Source of the DNA: Escherichia coli | GTDB lineage: Bacteria; Pseudomonadota; Gammaproteobacteria; Enterobacterales; Enterobacteriaceae | Direction: 5' to 3' (one strand) | Assembly: GCF_003991155.1 (NCBI RefSeq) | Contig: NZ_CP031293.1 | DNA: 64,000 bases | In this document: positions 21,818 to 31,250 of the stretch, piece by piece | Numbering within the stretch: position 1 is the first letter of the stretch | Layout: every line of letters begins with the position of its first letter | Program-made: the position numbers and the translations under genes | The notes under the pieces: model-generated | Database searches by the model: none | What the model saw: the letters and a program-made list of their open reading frames with translations, nothing else | What the model was told of the DNA's origin: nothing

Positions 21818-24577
21818 TCATTCTTCAGATGAGTTATAATCTCCTGGCTGGTAATTGAGTACATAAACGTTTATTTGTCGTCCCTGAATACGTGGTGATT
21901 TTCTTTGGTATCCACGACCGCTGTTTGGTGGGGTTAGCATCCCGGCTTTTTTCAACACTTCAGCAAACTGTTTTGCGTTGAAACCACATGCGATCTCCTT
22001 TTCAAATGTGGCCGGGAATGTGTAGAAAATCATTGGGCTTTCGTCATGTTCTCCACGCTGACGGTATCCGGCTAAATCTTTGATGGGCAAATCTGCCGGG
22101 CTGTATGGAAATGGTGCAAAACGGCTAAGCCCATAGGCATTAAGAAATGCCTCCGTTTGTTCAATAATCTGCTGATGCTCTTTGTTACCTGTGCCGAACT
22201 CGCGCAACCATGCGTTATAGCTGTGCTGTATCGCATCACGGCATGTCTGAGCATCCCAGCCTGTTACAACCTCGCCTAACAACAATGCGGCCTCCAGAAT
22301 GGCAAATCGCGCGGCTACACGGTGAACCTGCTCACCATAATCGGATGGGATCAGGCTTCTCCATCTGCTTTCGCAATCACGAACGGTTTTAATAGCCTGT
22401 TGCTGGTGGTGTGCCAGCCATTTAATCCACTCACGCCCGGACGCGCCGTGGTGATGCTGGTAAGCGTCTTTCAGTGCGTCTGCGTGCTGTTTTCCGTTCT
22501 GGTAATCGTGAAAGCGTACTGCTTTACTCAACGGAATATTCAGCAGTCGCACCAGTTGCCCGGCTTTGGTTTTTCGCCCGGAAGTAGCGATAAATGTTTC
22601 TAAATCCATTTCTCCGGTGCTGATTGCCACTGTACGCCAGCGTTTTAGATCCCGGTTTCCACCATCTTTAGCGCCTTGCAGTTTCCCTACACCGTTAAAT
22701 AACGCATAGGCAGACTGTGAAACGCTGACAGGATCAGCGCCCTGACCAACTTCATCAAGCGGCATTAGTCCGTCATTGTGGGCGGCGGCCTCATTTGCCA
22801 GCCCCAGCGCGGTTCCGTACCACGTCAGCCGCAGTAAATCAGGGTTGCCGTATAAGCTGCTCGCCACGTTTGCCGTGGTGGTCTTACCTGCGCTCGACTG
22901 CTCATAGAAATGAATGCCGAACCCGTCAGCGCCCACCAGCCCAATCAATGGCGCTGCCAGTGCTGCGCCGATCCCGGTCATCATTGAATAGTTACCAAAG
23001 GCCAGACGCGCCACGTTATCACGCCAGCTTTTCGCGCTCCCTGAGACGGTATATCCGGCTGCGGCTGAGCTTCTCCCGCTGAACAGCACAGGATTTTCAG
23101 GTGTTCCGATGATTTCCCCATCAGGCATGATGTACGCTCCGCATTGCCAGCCAGTGGCATGAGCAACACGCCACAATTCACGAGAGCCACTGCGTTGTAG
23201 CCAGTCTGCCAGTATTGCTCTGAGGCTGCTTTTGGTCGTGACATTTACCCCACCAGCTTTAAGTGTGCGCCATCCTTCACGTTCACCAATATCAGCCAGT
23301 GGAATGGCAGCGGTTGTCGGCGTTTCAGAACCAAACGACAGCCAGCGAAGAATGAGATACTGGTCTTTATCGTCTCTGCCAGTACCGATAACGCTTAACG
23401 GAGAACATAACCAGCTTTCGTTATTGATGATTTCTCCACTCTGGCTGTCAGCTCTCGGAGATACCCAATAAATACCATCCTCGCGGCTTTCTATTCTTGG
23501 TTTCAGTGGGTCGGTATCCATAACCTTAAAATCGCTTCCCTCAATGGTCTGTGGCTCCTGTTTCACGCCATTACCCTGTGGTTGGTACATTGACTTATTG
23601 AACGCTTCTGTGGCGCATTTAATGCCGTGTTTTTGGTGGTAATCATTCCAGTCTGCTTTGTGATCTGTCGGGGGTAATGCCACCCATCCAGAAACAGATA
23701 AAGCTGCTTTTTCTGCTGCTATTCTCCCCGTGTTTTGTCTTCCTTCGCTGTGGTCGTTATCCGCAGCAATGATGATTTGTGCTGAAGGAAATTTATCCCG
23801 CAGTACCTGGGCGACATATAACAGGTTCCCGGCATCAATCGCCGCCACTGTCAGCGCCTCTGGACGAATTAAATGGGCAGATAATGCCGTTGCCAGACCT
23901 TCTGCGATTAAGATGCTCTGTGTTGTTTCTGGTGCGTTTATGGCGTGATATGCCCCCCGCTTTGCTGAACCTGTCAGGAGTCTTTTTTCACCATGTGAGG
24001 TAATAGTCTGTGCTGCTGTGACTGCGCCGGATTTATCCACCAGCGCCAGCAACAGAGATCCATCGGGCAACACGGGGAATGTAAAATCACCTACCCCTTT
24101 CGCAACCAGATAATCAGATTTGCCGTTTACAGCCTTTCTGCGCATGTCATCAAACTGACGGGAAAACGTATCCCGTCTTTGTTGTTCGTCCTTCTCTGCC
24201 CTTTTCAGGCGCTCCTGTTCGCGTCGCTGGCGCTCGGTTTCCAGTTGTTCCCGTTTCTGGCTGGTGGCTTCTGGTGTTTCCGTTGTCCGGTAATCAATAC
24301 CCAGAACATCAGCGGCAAGAAGCGCCGCCTCTGTTGTGTCGCAGTTATTTACGCGTTTAATTAAATCCAGCCCATCACCAGCGCCGCACTGATTACAGAT
24401 GAAGCTACCGCGCCCGTTGTCATCGAACCGGAATCGATCTTTGCCCCCACATGCAGGGCAGGGAGCATGACGGCGCGGAGAGTCAGGGACATTTATGTTC
24501 AGGCAGCCCAGCACATGAGGCCAGTTGTTTTCAGACGCACTGATAACCTGACGGATAAGATCAATGTTTCGCATCAC
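21818..24577 (-). CDS. P4 alpha-like primase-helicase (zinc finger + toprim + P-loop NTPase)
   Basis: 919 aa; CPACGG..CNQCG zinc-binding motif, toprim-like IIIAADNDH, Walker A SSAGKTTT and Walker B LMPLDEV. Confidence 0.8.
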   Translation of the reverse strand: MMRNIDLIRQVISASENNWPHVLGCLNINVPDSPRRHAPCPACGGKDRFRFDDNGRGSFICNQCGAGDGLDLIKRVNNCDTTEAALLAADVLGIDYRTTETPEATSQKREQLETERQRREQERLKRAEKDEQQRRDTFSRQFDDMRRKAVNGKSDYLVAKGVGDFTFPVLPDGSLLLALVDKSGAVTAAQTITSHGEKRLLTGSAKRGAYHAINAPETTQSILIAEGLATALSAHLIRPEALTVAAIDAGNLLYVAQVLRDKFPSAQIIIAADNDHSEGRQNTGRIAAEKAALSVSGWVALPPTDHKADWNDYHQKHGIKCATEAFNKSMYQPQGNGVKQEPQTIEGSDFKVMDTDPLKPRIESREDGIYWVSPRADSQSGEIINNESWLCSPLSVIGTGRDDKDQYLILRWLSFGSETPTTAAIPLADIGEREGWRTLKAGGVNVTTKSSLRAILADWLQRSGSRELWRVAHATGWQCGAYIMPDGEIIGTPENPVLFSGRSSAAAGYTVSGSAKSWRDNVARLAFGNYSMMTGIGAALAAPLIGLVGADGFGIHFYEQSSAGKTTTANVASSLYGNPDLLRLTWYGTALGLANEAAAHNDGLMPLDEVGQGADPVSVSQSAYALFNGVGKLQGAKDGGNRDLKRWRTVAISTGEMDLETFIATSGRKTKAGQLVRLLNIPLSKAVRFHDYQNGKQHADALKDAYQHHHGASGREWIKWLAHHQQQAIKTVRDCESRWRSLIPSDYGEQVHRVAARFAILEAALLLGEVVTGWDAQTCRDAIQHSYNAWLREFGTGNKEHQQIIEQTEAFLNAYGLSRFAPFPYSPADLPIKDLAGYRQRGEHDESPMIFYTFPATFEKEIACGFNAKQFAEVLKKAGMLTPPNSGRGYQRKSPRIQGRQINVYVLNYQPGDYNSSEE

Positions 24578-24932
24578 CGTACCCCACGTGGTCTATAGCG
24601 TTTGCGATATGGCTAACCAGCATCTGCCACTTGGTTATTCCGTAATCAGTCAGCATGCCATCATTGTTTAGCCACATATCAAATTCAGCGGTTGTCGCAA
24701 GTTTCCACTTATCGCCGTGGACAGTCCTCATTGCTGGGTACATGAATGCGCAAATCAGATCACAAACATCTGACGGCTTCAGAGATGTAGTAATGGTGCG
24801 TCCCTCTGGCGTCTGAATTGCCATTTTCTCTTCACCAGTAGAATGAAGGTTATGAATCCACACAGCACCAGCAATCTTTGCCACCTGCTCTCCGATTGCG
24901 GAGCTAAGCGCCATTTCTGCATTTTCACGCAT
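24561..24932 (-). CDS. Hypothetical protein (123 aa)
   Basis: ORF-track; overlapping stops/starts with neighbours. Confidence 0.35.
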   Translation of the reverse strand: MRENAEMALSSAIGEQVAKIAGAVWIHNLHSTGEEKMAIQTPEGRTITTSLKPSDVCDLICAFMYPAMRTVHGDKWKLATTAEFDMWLNNDGMLTDYGITKWQMLVSHIANAIDHVGYGDAKH

Positions 24933-25266
24933 GAGAACCTCCCGCTACAGTTGCGCCCATGTCATTAACCATGCTTTGCCATATCTCACGCCCGACGTCA
25001 GTCAATCCGTCCTTAGTGACGCAACGTTCAAGAAGCTCGATCCCCACGGTTTCCCACTGCGGGTAGAACACTTTCATGGCTGCCAGTGTGTAGCTATCGA
25101 TCAGGCTGCGAACGCCTTTTACTCCATTGACGATTTCCACACGGACGGCCTCGCCGTCCGCATCAACCATGAAATAGTCCCCGCCGCTGGTGGAGGTAAT
25201 GTGGTTATACAGTGCCGACGCATACTTATTTGCCAGCGCATTCAGTCGGAAATTTTTAGTAATCAT
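24925..25266 (-). CDS. Hypothetical protein (113 aa)
   Basis: ORF-track. Confidence 0.35.
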   Translation of the reverse strand: MITKNFRLNALANKYASALYNHITSTSGGDYFMVDADGEAVRVEIVNGVKGVRSLIDSYTLAAMKVFYPQWETVGIELLERCVTKDGLTDVGREIWQSMVNDMGATVAGGSHA

Positions 25267-25276
25267 GGCTCCATCC

Positions 25277-25879
25277 TCAGTGCGTCACTGGTTCCGCTGG
25301 CATGCCGTTTTCATTCAGTTCAGCTATAAAGCTGTTGTGAAGTTCAGCAAGCGTTTCACGCCCAAATGGAGTCAGTGCTCCTTGTTCCACATCCATCATG
25401 GCTCTGTAGAAAATAATGGCGCGTTCTGTGCCAGACTCGATGCCAAAACGTTCTATCATCGCGCCCTCAATGTTGTTTGCCATAGCGAGGCGCTCTGCTA
25501 CTGGATACAGCGGCATGGCGACGATGCCGTTGGAATAAACAGCCACTTCGGAAGGATTGCCAGTATCATCAATGATGCTGACAGTGCCGTTTTCCTCTCT
25601 CATTTCCAGCATGAATACTGTTGCGATCAGCCATCTCCACATAATGACGTTATGCTGTGATGTGTAATCGAAATATCCCTGGTTACCGCCATCGGCAATA
25701 GCGAGATGTATTGACATACCTTCATCTGGTTTATCGTCATAATCCCCGGCATCCAGACGATTTACGGCATCAATATATGAGATGGCCTCAACGCGTTCTG
25801 TCATGCCATCGTTGCTGCGGTACATGATGTTTACGCCGTCAGGCGTTGCTTCTGCATGGAAAGTTAAGAAATTATTCAT
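25277..25879 (-). CDS. Hypothetical protein (about 200 aa)
   Basis: ORF-track frame 25277..25984; likely start at internal Met (MNNFLTFHAE...). Confidence 0.35.
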   Translation of the reverse strand: MNNFLTFHAEATPDGVNIMYRSNDGMTERVEAISYIDAVNRLDAGDYDDKPDEGMSIHLAIADGGNQGYFDYTSQHNVIMWRWLIATVFMLEMREENGTVSIIDDTGNPSEVAVYSNGIVAMPLYPVAERLAMANNIEGAMIERFGIESGTERAIIFYRAMMDVEQGALTPFGRETLAELHNSFIAELNENGMPAEPVTH

Positions 25880-26093
25880 GTTTCGCCTCGCCTGAATGAT
25901 TCTGTAACTCATATTTGCCCAACAATTCGTCCGCTTCCTGAATAGCTTCTGGTACGCCATTGAGCAGTGACATAACCGCGCCAATCATTAACTTGTCTCT
26001 GTTGCTGGGGCTGGCCCCTTCAAGCCAGAACCCTAAAACAGTCTGAACCTGTTCGATGCGACATTGCGCTTCAATGAGCTGGATGTTGGTCAT
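25872..26093 (-). CDS. Hypothetical small protein (73 aa)
   Basis: ORF-track; 4-nt overlap with upstream gene. Confidence 0.3.
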   Translation of the reverse strand: MTNIQLIEAQCRIEQVQTVLGFWLEGASPSNRDKLMIGAVMSLLNGVPEAIQEADELLGKYELQNHSGEAKHE

Positions 26094-26353
26094 TTCGCAC
26101 TCTCCACATCGATTAAACCGATATCTATCAGGGAGGTAACTTTTTGTAGCCAGCTATTGATTACTGTCGCCTGTTCCCCTCCCACCGAGGGAACAATCTC
26201 ATTCATCACATGAACCAGACCTGTGCGCGCTCTGGTAAGCCGTTCAGTCGCGCAATCTGCGGGAGTGAATGTGTCTGGATATGGCTCTTCACGCCCCAGC
26301 AATGATTCAATTTCCAGCTCACACGGATGACGATAAATTAAGTTGATATTCAT
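26090..26353 (-). CDS. Hypothetical small protein (87 aa)
   Basis: ORF-track; ATGA-type overlaps. Confidence 0.3.
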   Translation of the reverse strand: MNINLIYRHPCELEIESLLGREEPYPDTFTPADCATERLTRARTGLVHVMNEIVPSVGGEQATVINSWLQKVTSLIDIGLIDVESAK

Positions 26354-26544
26354 TTTTCACCCCCAAGAATTACCAGCTCGGCACGGGCATCGTTAACCAA
26401 AGATGAGCACGCTTTAATCGCATCCACGACATCAGCAGCGTCCATTTCTTCAGCCGAAAGACTGACAGCAACCAGGACAGCCGCTGCTTGCTCGATTAAT
26501 TGAAGTGCGGACGTAAGTCGAGGGGCATTAATTGAGTTATTCAT
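26350..26544 (-). CDS. Hypothetical small protein (about 64 aa)
   Basis: Internal start [10 protein letters not shown]... in track ORF 26350..26601. Confidence 0.3.
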   Translation of the reverse strand: MNNSINAPRLTSALQLIEQAAAVLVAVSLSAEEMDAADVVDAIKACSSLVNDARAELVILGGEK

Positions 26545-27604
26545 TGGTTGCCCCCGTTTTTCCTGGCATTTCGCCACCTTCCAGCAGGAAATGAACGTCA
26601 CGAACGGCGAGATCCAATATCGCGAGTAACGCCTTCAGTCTTTCGTCTCGTGAGGGAGAGTTGCTCACCAGAATGTCGTTAATCACTTCTGTCAGTGTGA
26701 TGATCTGGCTTGTGCGTTCGAGGGGATCCATATGCACATCGTAGGTTTTAATCATGAGCCACCTCCATGCGGATACGACCAGCAAAAAAGCAGACGTGAT
26801 CGCGCACCAGAGAACGGCGAGCATCGCGTTCAGACTCGGCAGCAATATGATGAATTTTGGCGGTAATTGTCGAGCAATCGCGGCGAACTGCGGCGATAAT
26901 CCAGATAAATTGCGGTTTTTGGGTAGGGGTAGTAGCCAGCATGTGGCAGCCTCCATTCGATAGCATGTAACGCTACCACCGGAAACGCCAATTTCGCTGG
27001 TGGTAGCCCAGACAGGGTTGGCGTAACCGGCTCGAATGGATACCGGCGCTTCCGAAGAAGCCCCTGCCTGAGCCACCATTGATTGACAAAGGCGCTGGAT
27101 TATACACCAACGCCCAAAAAATGGGTGAGTCAGACCTACGACATAAAAAAAGACGCTCGGCGCGTCATATGTCGCCATTCGATTTACTAGGACGCCAATC
27201 CCGGCACCCGTTTTATGAGGTGCCTTATAACCATAAACCGTGTTGCCGCATAACGGCAAGCTCTTTTTTATGGACTCCGAAAACTCGCTATTGGAAGCAC
27301 CAGATGCACAGTACATCGCGCTCATTTCGTTAACGTCACGCGCGTGGACGAATGTTTTTGTGGAGTCACTACACGAGCGGAAGACATCATCTACGACCAG
27401 AAATTTTCTGGCGCAGCCGCTGACCTTCTCAATGCTAATATCATCGCCCGAGATTTCTGATATGGTTAAGGCATCCGTTCCGACCACCAGCAAATGATAA
27501 ACTTTGCTTGTATCTGCTGTATTAATGCCTGACTTTGCCGTCATATTGCTGGATTTTGGCGACATACCAGCCAGTGAAAATGTCTTCTTCTGGACGGTTA
27601 GCAT
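26537..27604 (-). CDS. Long open frame of uncertain gene structure (possibly a 72-aa gene 26537..26755 plus upstream gene)
   Basis: 355 codons without stop; composition atypical in middle part; start overlaps stop of upstream gene. Confidence 0.25.
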   Translation of the reverse strand: MLTVQKKTFSLAGMSPKSSNMTAKSGINTADTSKVYHLLVVGTDALTISEISGDDISIEKVSGCARKFLVVDDVFRSCSDSTKTFVHARDVNEMSAMYCASGASNSEFSESIKKSLPLCGNTVYGYKAPHKTGAGIGVLVNRMATYDAPSVFFYVVGLTHPFFGRWCIIQRLCQSMVAQAGASSEAPVSIRAGYANPVWATTSEIGVSGGSVTCYRMEAATCWLLPLPKNRNLSGLSPQFAAIARQLPPKFIILLPSLNAMLAVLWCAITSAFLLVVSAWRWLMIKTYDVHMDPLERTSQIITLTEVINDILVSNSPSRDERLKALLAILDLAVRDVHFLLEGGEMPGKTGATNE

Positions 27605-27780
27605 TTGTTAACCTCCGCGAACTCCTTCATGAAACGCGCCAGCGGTTGTACGCATGGCGATTGATACCCGTCGCGATAAAACGTCACTCGGTTGTGAGAC
27701 ACGCTTTCGACAGTAACGAGTGCTCCGTGGGCATCTTTGTAGCGTTTTTGTGGTTGTGGTGTTCCTGTTGGCTTAGACAT
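27598..27780 (-). CDS. Hypothetical small protein (about 60 aa)
   Basis: Internal start MSKPTGTPQPQKRYKD... with GGAGGTG Shine-Dalgarno upstream. Confidence 0.3.
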   Translation of the reverse strand: MSKPTGTPQPQKRYKDAHGALVTVESVSHNRVTFYRDGYQSPCVQPLARFMKEFAEVNKC

Positions 27781-28606
27781 TGACCACCTCCAGACGCTTG
27801 GCGAGCCAGCGTTGCGACAGGCGGGTGAGTTCTCCTTTGCGCTGCTCATATTCCATGCCCATATCAATTAACGTGATATTGGTGCTTTCGAGATATGAGA
27901 GGTGCTCAAGCTGTTCTGCGTTCATATGGTCGCGAGGTTCGCCAGAATAGCCATTTATCCGCGCCCACTGCTTAGCAGTTAGCCCACCAAGAACGATACG
28001 AGAAATCATATTGCTCTCGTTTGTGTAGTGGTGTTGCTGCGTCGTTTTACCCATCTCGGCACGGGCCATATTCAGCGCATCGCACATTGGCTTAAAGTTG
28101 TTTGCGGCACTGAGACGGGCTTTTAGCTGGCGACGATAGCGGGCGGCGATTTCAGGCACGCTACGCTGTAATTCTTCCTCGCACTGGATGAAATAACGGC
28201 GGATAGCGCGACCCTGATCATTGCGTTCGATCATTGCCAGTTCTTTCGCCATTCCGACACTTAACAGATAGTCTTTGCCGGGTCTGCCAGAGTGCTTTAT
28301 CTTGCTGTAAGCCGCGCCATTCGGGCTTTTCCCCAAATTTGGGGAAATTGTTTTATGGACTGAGTAATCGTGCCCAATGGTGAAGTCATATTCAGAGATG
28401 CGATCAGTGATCCATGTAGAGAAGTCTTTTCCCACGCCCAACGCTTTGTGTAACGCTTTTGCGCTAACAATATTGGTTTCACGCCCACCGATATGACCAG
28501 GAATAACCGGGACAATTGCGGCAAATTCATTACCGTTAATTGTGCTCAGAGAGGCGTTCAGATGAGGGGCGGCCTCAGAAATTAATCTGCTTTTTTCGAT
28601 GTTCAT
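27773..28606 (-). CDS. Phage antirepressor-like protein (AntA/KilAC-type)
   Basis: 277 aa; N-terminus ..INGNEFAAIVPV.. and ..DYLLSVGMAKELAMIERNDQGRAIRRYFIQCEEE.. resemble antirepressor domains. Confidence 0.5.
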   Translation of the reverse strand: MNIEKSRLISEAAPHLNASLSTINGNEFAAIVPVIPGHIGGRETNIVSAKALHKALGVGKDFSTWITDRISEYDFTIGHDYSVHKTISPNLGKSPNGAAYSKIKHSGRPGKDYLLSVGMAKELAMIERNDQGRAIRRYFIQCEEELQRSVPEIAARYRRQLKARLSAANNFKPMCDALNMARAEMGKTTQQHHYTNESNMISRIVLGGLTAKQWARINGYSGEPRDHMNAEQLEHLSYLESTNITLIDMGMEYEQRKGELTRLSQRWLAKRLEVVNV

Positions 28607-28618
28607 TTTCAGTCTCCG

Positions 28619-29050
28619 TTAGGCGGCGTTAAACGCGTCCGGGTAGAGTTTCAGAATGTCGGCAATTTCCTGCTGAGAAAGTCCGTTGTGATCATTTATG
28701 TTCGCAAGATGGTTAATATGAGTGATCACTTTCAGAACATCACCACGGCAGGAGAAACGGTAGCGAAGGTGTGTTCCGATACCATCAGGATTCTTTTCGT
28801 CGATACGCTCCAGAGTGATTCCAAGCTGGCGTTCTAACTCTGTTGCATAGTTACGACCAGAAGACAGACGGCAGTAGCGAAGAATGTCATTTTCTGTCCA
28901 TCCCTCTATACCAGTACGCAGCATATAGACTCTGGCACGATGCTTTTTCGGTGTGCGCTTTGGTGCTTGAAGGGATTTTGTAAGGGGCGTAACATCAGAT
29001 ACACGAATATCTGAATTAGCCGCCTGTAATGGGCGGTTTTTCTTTTCCAT
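28619..29050 (-). CDS. Hypothetical protein (143 aa)
   Basis: ORF-track; immediately downstream of alpA. Confidence 0.35.
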   Translation of the reverse strand: MEKKNRPLQAANSDIRVSDVTPLTKSLQAPKRTPKKHRARVYMLRTGIEGWTENDILRYCRLSSGRNYATELERQLGITLERIDEKNPDGIGTHLRYRFSCRGDVLKVITHINHLANINDHNGLSQQEIADILKLYPDAFNAA

Positions 29051-29253
29051 CAGGCCACCTCGTCTCTAGATTCTAATATACACTTCTCAATCCATTCATC
29101 TATTTCAGACTCAACAAAAGCAATTGCCCGACTTCCAATTTTTACCTGTTTAGGGAACCTCCCCTGACTAATAAGACGATAAATCCATGCTTTGCTATAA
29201 CCAGTTCGCCTTTGAACTTCAGAGAGACGAATTAATGAATTGTAATTAGCCAT
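29050..29253 (-). CDS. alpA: AlpA-family transcriptional regulator/excisionase-like
   Basis: 67 aa MANYNSLIRLSEVQRRTGYSKAWIYRLISQGRFPKQVKIGSRAIAFVESEIDEWI; classic AlpA HTH. Confidence 0.75.
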   Translation of the reverse strand: MANYNSLIRLSEVQRRTGYSKAWIYRLISQGRFPKQVKIGSRAIAFVESEIDEWIEKCILESRDEVA

Positions 29254-29680
29254 TTATTAATATCCTGTACTAATGACGCAATAACCCCCTCCTGCAACGA
29301 ATGGCGAGAGTTTTATTTGCGTCAAATGTCGAATACGCCAAAGACCACAATATGAAAAACATATTGCGGTCTTTTATAAAAGATAGTCAGATTGTTTTGG
29401 TTTGTTTGCTCCACAAGGGTAGAGCTACCCTGCATTTCGGCAGGATCACGCTATTAGGCGTGACATCCAGTAGTTTTAAAGAACAATTGCGCTTTGTCAG
29501 CGCCAAAGCCTGTTAAAGAACATTCCGCTTTTCAGCAGCGTAGAAGGCTCAATACACCTTCGTTTATAAAAGAGCGATTGCCCTTCTCCAGGGCTAACTG
29601 TTAAATAGCAATCCTCTGTGAGTTTTTATCAATCTACTCCCCTATACTTTAGTAAACCTCTGTATACTTGTCCAGTTGTT

Positions 29681-30895
29681 TCATGCGTGTTTTTCAAACA
29701 CCATATGCACCACATTTCCGCCATGCTCGAGAGAATCCATATAGTCGGCATACCATTGAAGCATCTCCCGCCGTCCATCCAGATATTGCGCATGGTTGTA
29801 TGTGCCACGAATTGAGTTCTTATCAACGTGAGCGAGCTGCGTTTCTATCCACGCGGTGTTATAGCCCTGCTCATGCAAAATCGTGCTCATAGTGTGTCGG
29901 AACCCATGACCAGTTACACGTCCAGCGTAGCCAATGCGCTTAAACACTTGGTTTATGCTGGCCTCACTCATTGTTTTCCTTGGATCATTGCGCCCGGGAA
30001 ACATAAGAGGGTAATTGCCTGTTATTTCTCTAATCTTCCCAATAAGCGAAAGAGCCTGCTCAGACAATGGCACAATATGAGGCCGCCGCATTTTCATACG
30101 TGAAGCGGGTATCTCCCATATAGCCTTGTTGAAATCAATTTCATCCCATAATGCGCCACGTAGTTCGCCAGTTCGCAAGCCGGTGATAATCAGTAGACGA
30201 GCCGCCATAACAACCAATGCGCTTCCTGAGTAACTGGACAATGCCTTGAAAAAATCAGGTAATTCTTTGGTCGTAAGGAAAGGGTAATGATTAGATTCAT
30301 GGCCTTGCATCGCGCTAGTAAGGTCTGGTGCAGGGTTATACTCTGCGCGACCAGTGACTATTGCATAGCGGAAAACTTCCCCGCACCGCTGCCTCACTTT
30401 TTTGGCTTTTTCTGTCGCACCGCGCCCCTCGATGCGCCGCAGCACATTCAGAAGTTCAAGTGGTTTGATTTCGGCGATTGGTTTTTTGCCAATGTAAGGG
30501 AACACATCTTTGTTGAAGGCTTCGAGGATGTCTGAAGCATAACCAGCAGACCATTTTTTTAATTTGCTGCTGTGCCACTCAAGGGCAATATCTTTGAAGG
30601 TGTTGTTTAACTGCGTTTCCCGGGCAATCTTTTCCTCTCGTTTCGCTTCCATCGGATCGATACCACCAGCGATACCTCTTTTCGCATCTTCACGTTTTGC
30701 CCGAGCATCGGCTAGAGTAACCTCAGGATACACACCTAGTGCCAATAGCTTCTCTTTACCAGCTACACGATATTTAAGTCGCCAGTATTTACCTCCATTA
30801 GGTTTTACCAAGAGATACAAACCGCCACCATCGGCCAGCTTGTAAGCCTTCTCTTTTGGCTTGGCTGTGTCTATTTGACGGGCATTGAGTTTCAC
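29681..30895 (-). CDS. P4-type tyrosine integrase, thrW-adjacent
   Basis: 404 aa; N-terminal arm-binding domain (..KLADGGGLYLLVKPNGGKYWRLKYR..) and catalytic HGFRHT...Y motifs; adjacent to tRNA. Confidence 0.85.
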   Translation of the reverse strand: MKLNARQIDTAKPKEKAYKLADGGGLYLLVKPNGGKYWRLKYRVAGKEKLLALGVYPEVTLADARAKREDAKRGIAGGIDPMEAKREEKIARETQLNNTFKDIALEWHSSKLKKWSAGYASDILEAFNKDVFPYIGKKPIAEIKPLELLNVLRRIEGRGATEKAKKVRQRCGEVFRYAIVTGRAEYNPAPDLTSAMQGHESNHYPFLTTKELPDFFKALSSYSGSALVVMAARLLIITGLRTGELRGALWDEIDFNKAIWEIPASRMKMRRPHIVPLSEQALSLIGKIREITGNYPLMFPGRNDPRKTMSEASINQVFKRIGYAGRVTGHGFRHTMSTILHEQGYNTAWIETQLAHVDKNSIRGTYNHAQYLDGRREMLQWYADYMDSLEHGGNVVHMVFEKHA

Positions 30896-30965
30896 TTGGG
30901 GGTACCTCCACTAAACCGAACAGCAAATACCCCCATAAGTACCCCCATCTGACCGTAGATTTTGA

Positions 30966-31043
30966 GGGACTTTAGTAGACGTCAAAAGACGAACGGGGCT
31001 TTAATACGCGGATTATAAGGGGTTTTGAAAGACTTTAGTAGAC
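30966..31043. promoter_or_regulatory. attL arm region with direct repeats GACTTTAGTAGAC x2
   Basis: Copies at 30967-30980 and 31031-31043 between integrase start and thrW; putative arm-type binding sites. Confidence 0.4.
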
Positions 31044-31060
31044 TTGGGGAGATGTTTGAA

Positions 31061-31136
31061 TGGTGCCGATAATAGGAGTCGAACCTACGACCTTCGCATT
31101 ACGAATGCGCTGCTCTACCAACTGAGCTATATCGGC
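31061..31136 (-). tRNA. thrW: tRNA-Thr (anticodon CGU)
   Basis: Reverse complement GCCGATATAGCTCAGTTGGTAGAGCAGCGCATTCGTAATGCG...GGTTCGACTCCTATTATCGGCACCA. Confidence 0.9.
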
Positions 31137-31250
31137 CCTGAAAGGACATATTCACGAACGTGAATCACGGTGGACAAGGTTAAAACTAACCGGGCGATGC
31201 GTCAATGGCCTTGTGAATCAAATGGCTACTTTTGCATCACCCGGTTTTAT

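Noticed and set aside
26754-27497. Plus-strand ORFs (69-85 aa) within the satellite small-gene region
   Set aside because: Opposite to the co-directional minus-strand gene array, Arg-rich; more likely antisense artefacts, though the long minus-strand frame itself is also uncertain
11481-31136. Island considered as the K-12 CP4-6 prophage
   Set aside because: None of the gene content I remember for CP4-6 is present (no ykfI/yafW toxin-antitoxin pair, argF, mmuPM or IS elements); this is a different occupant of the thrW site
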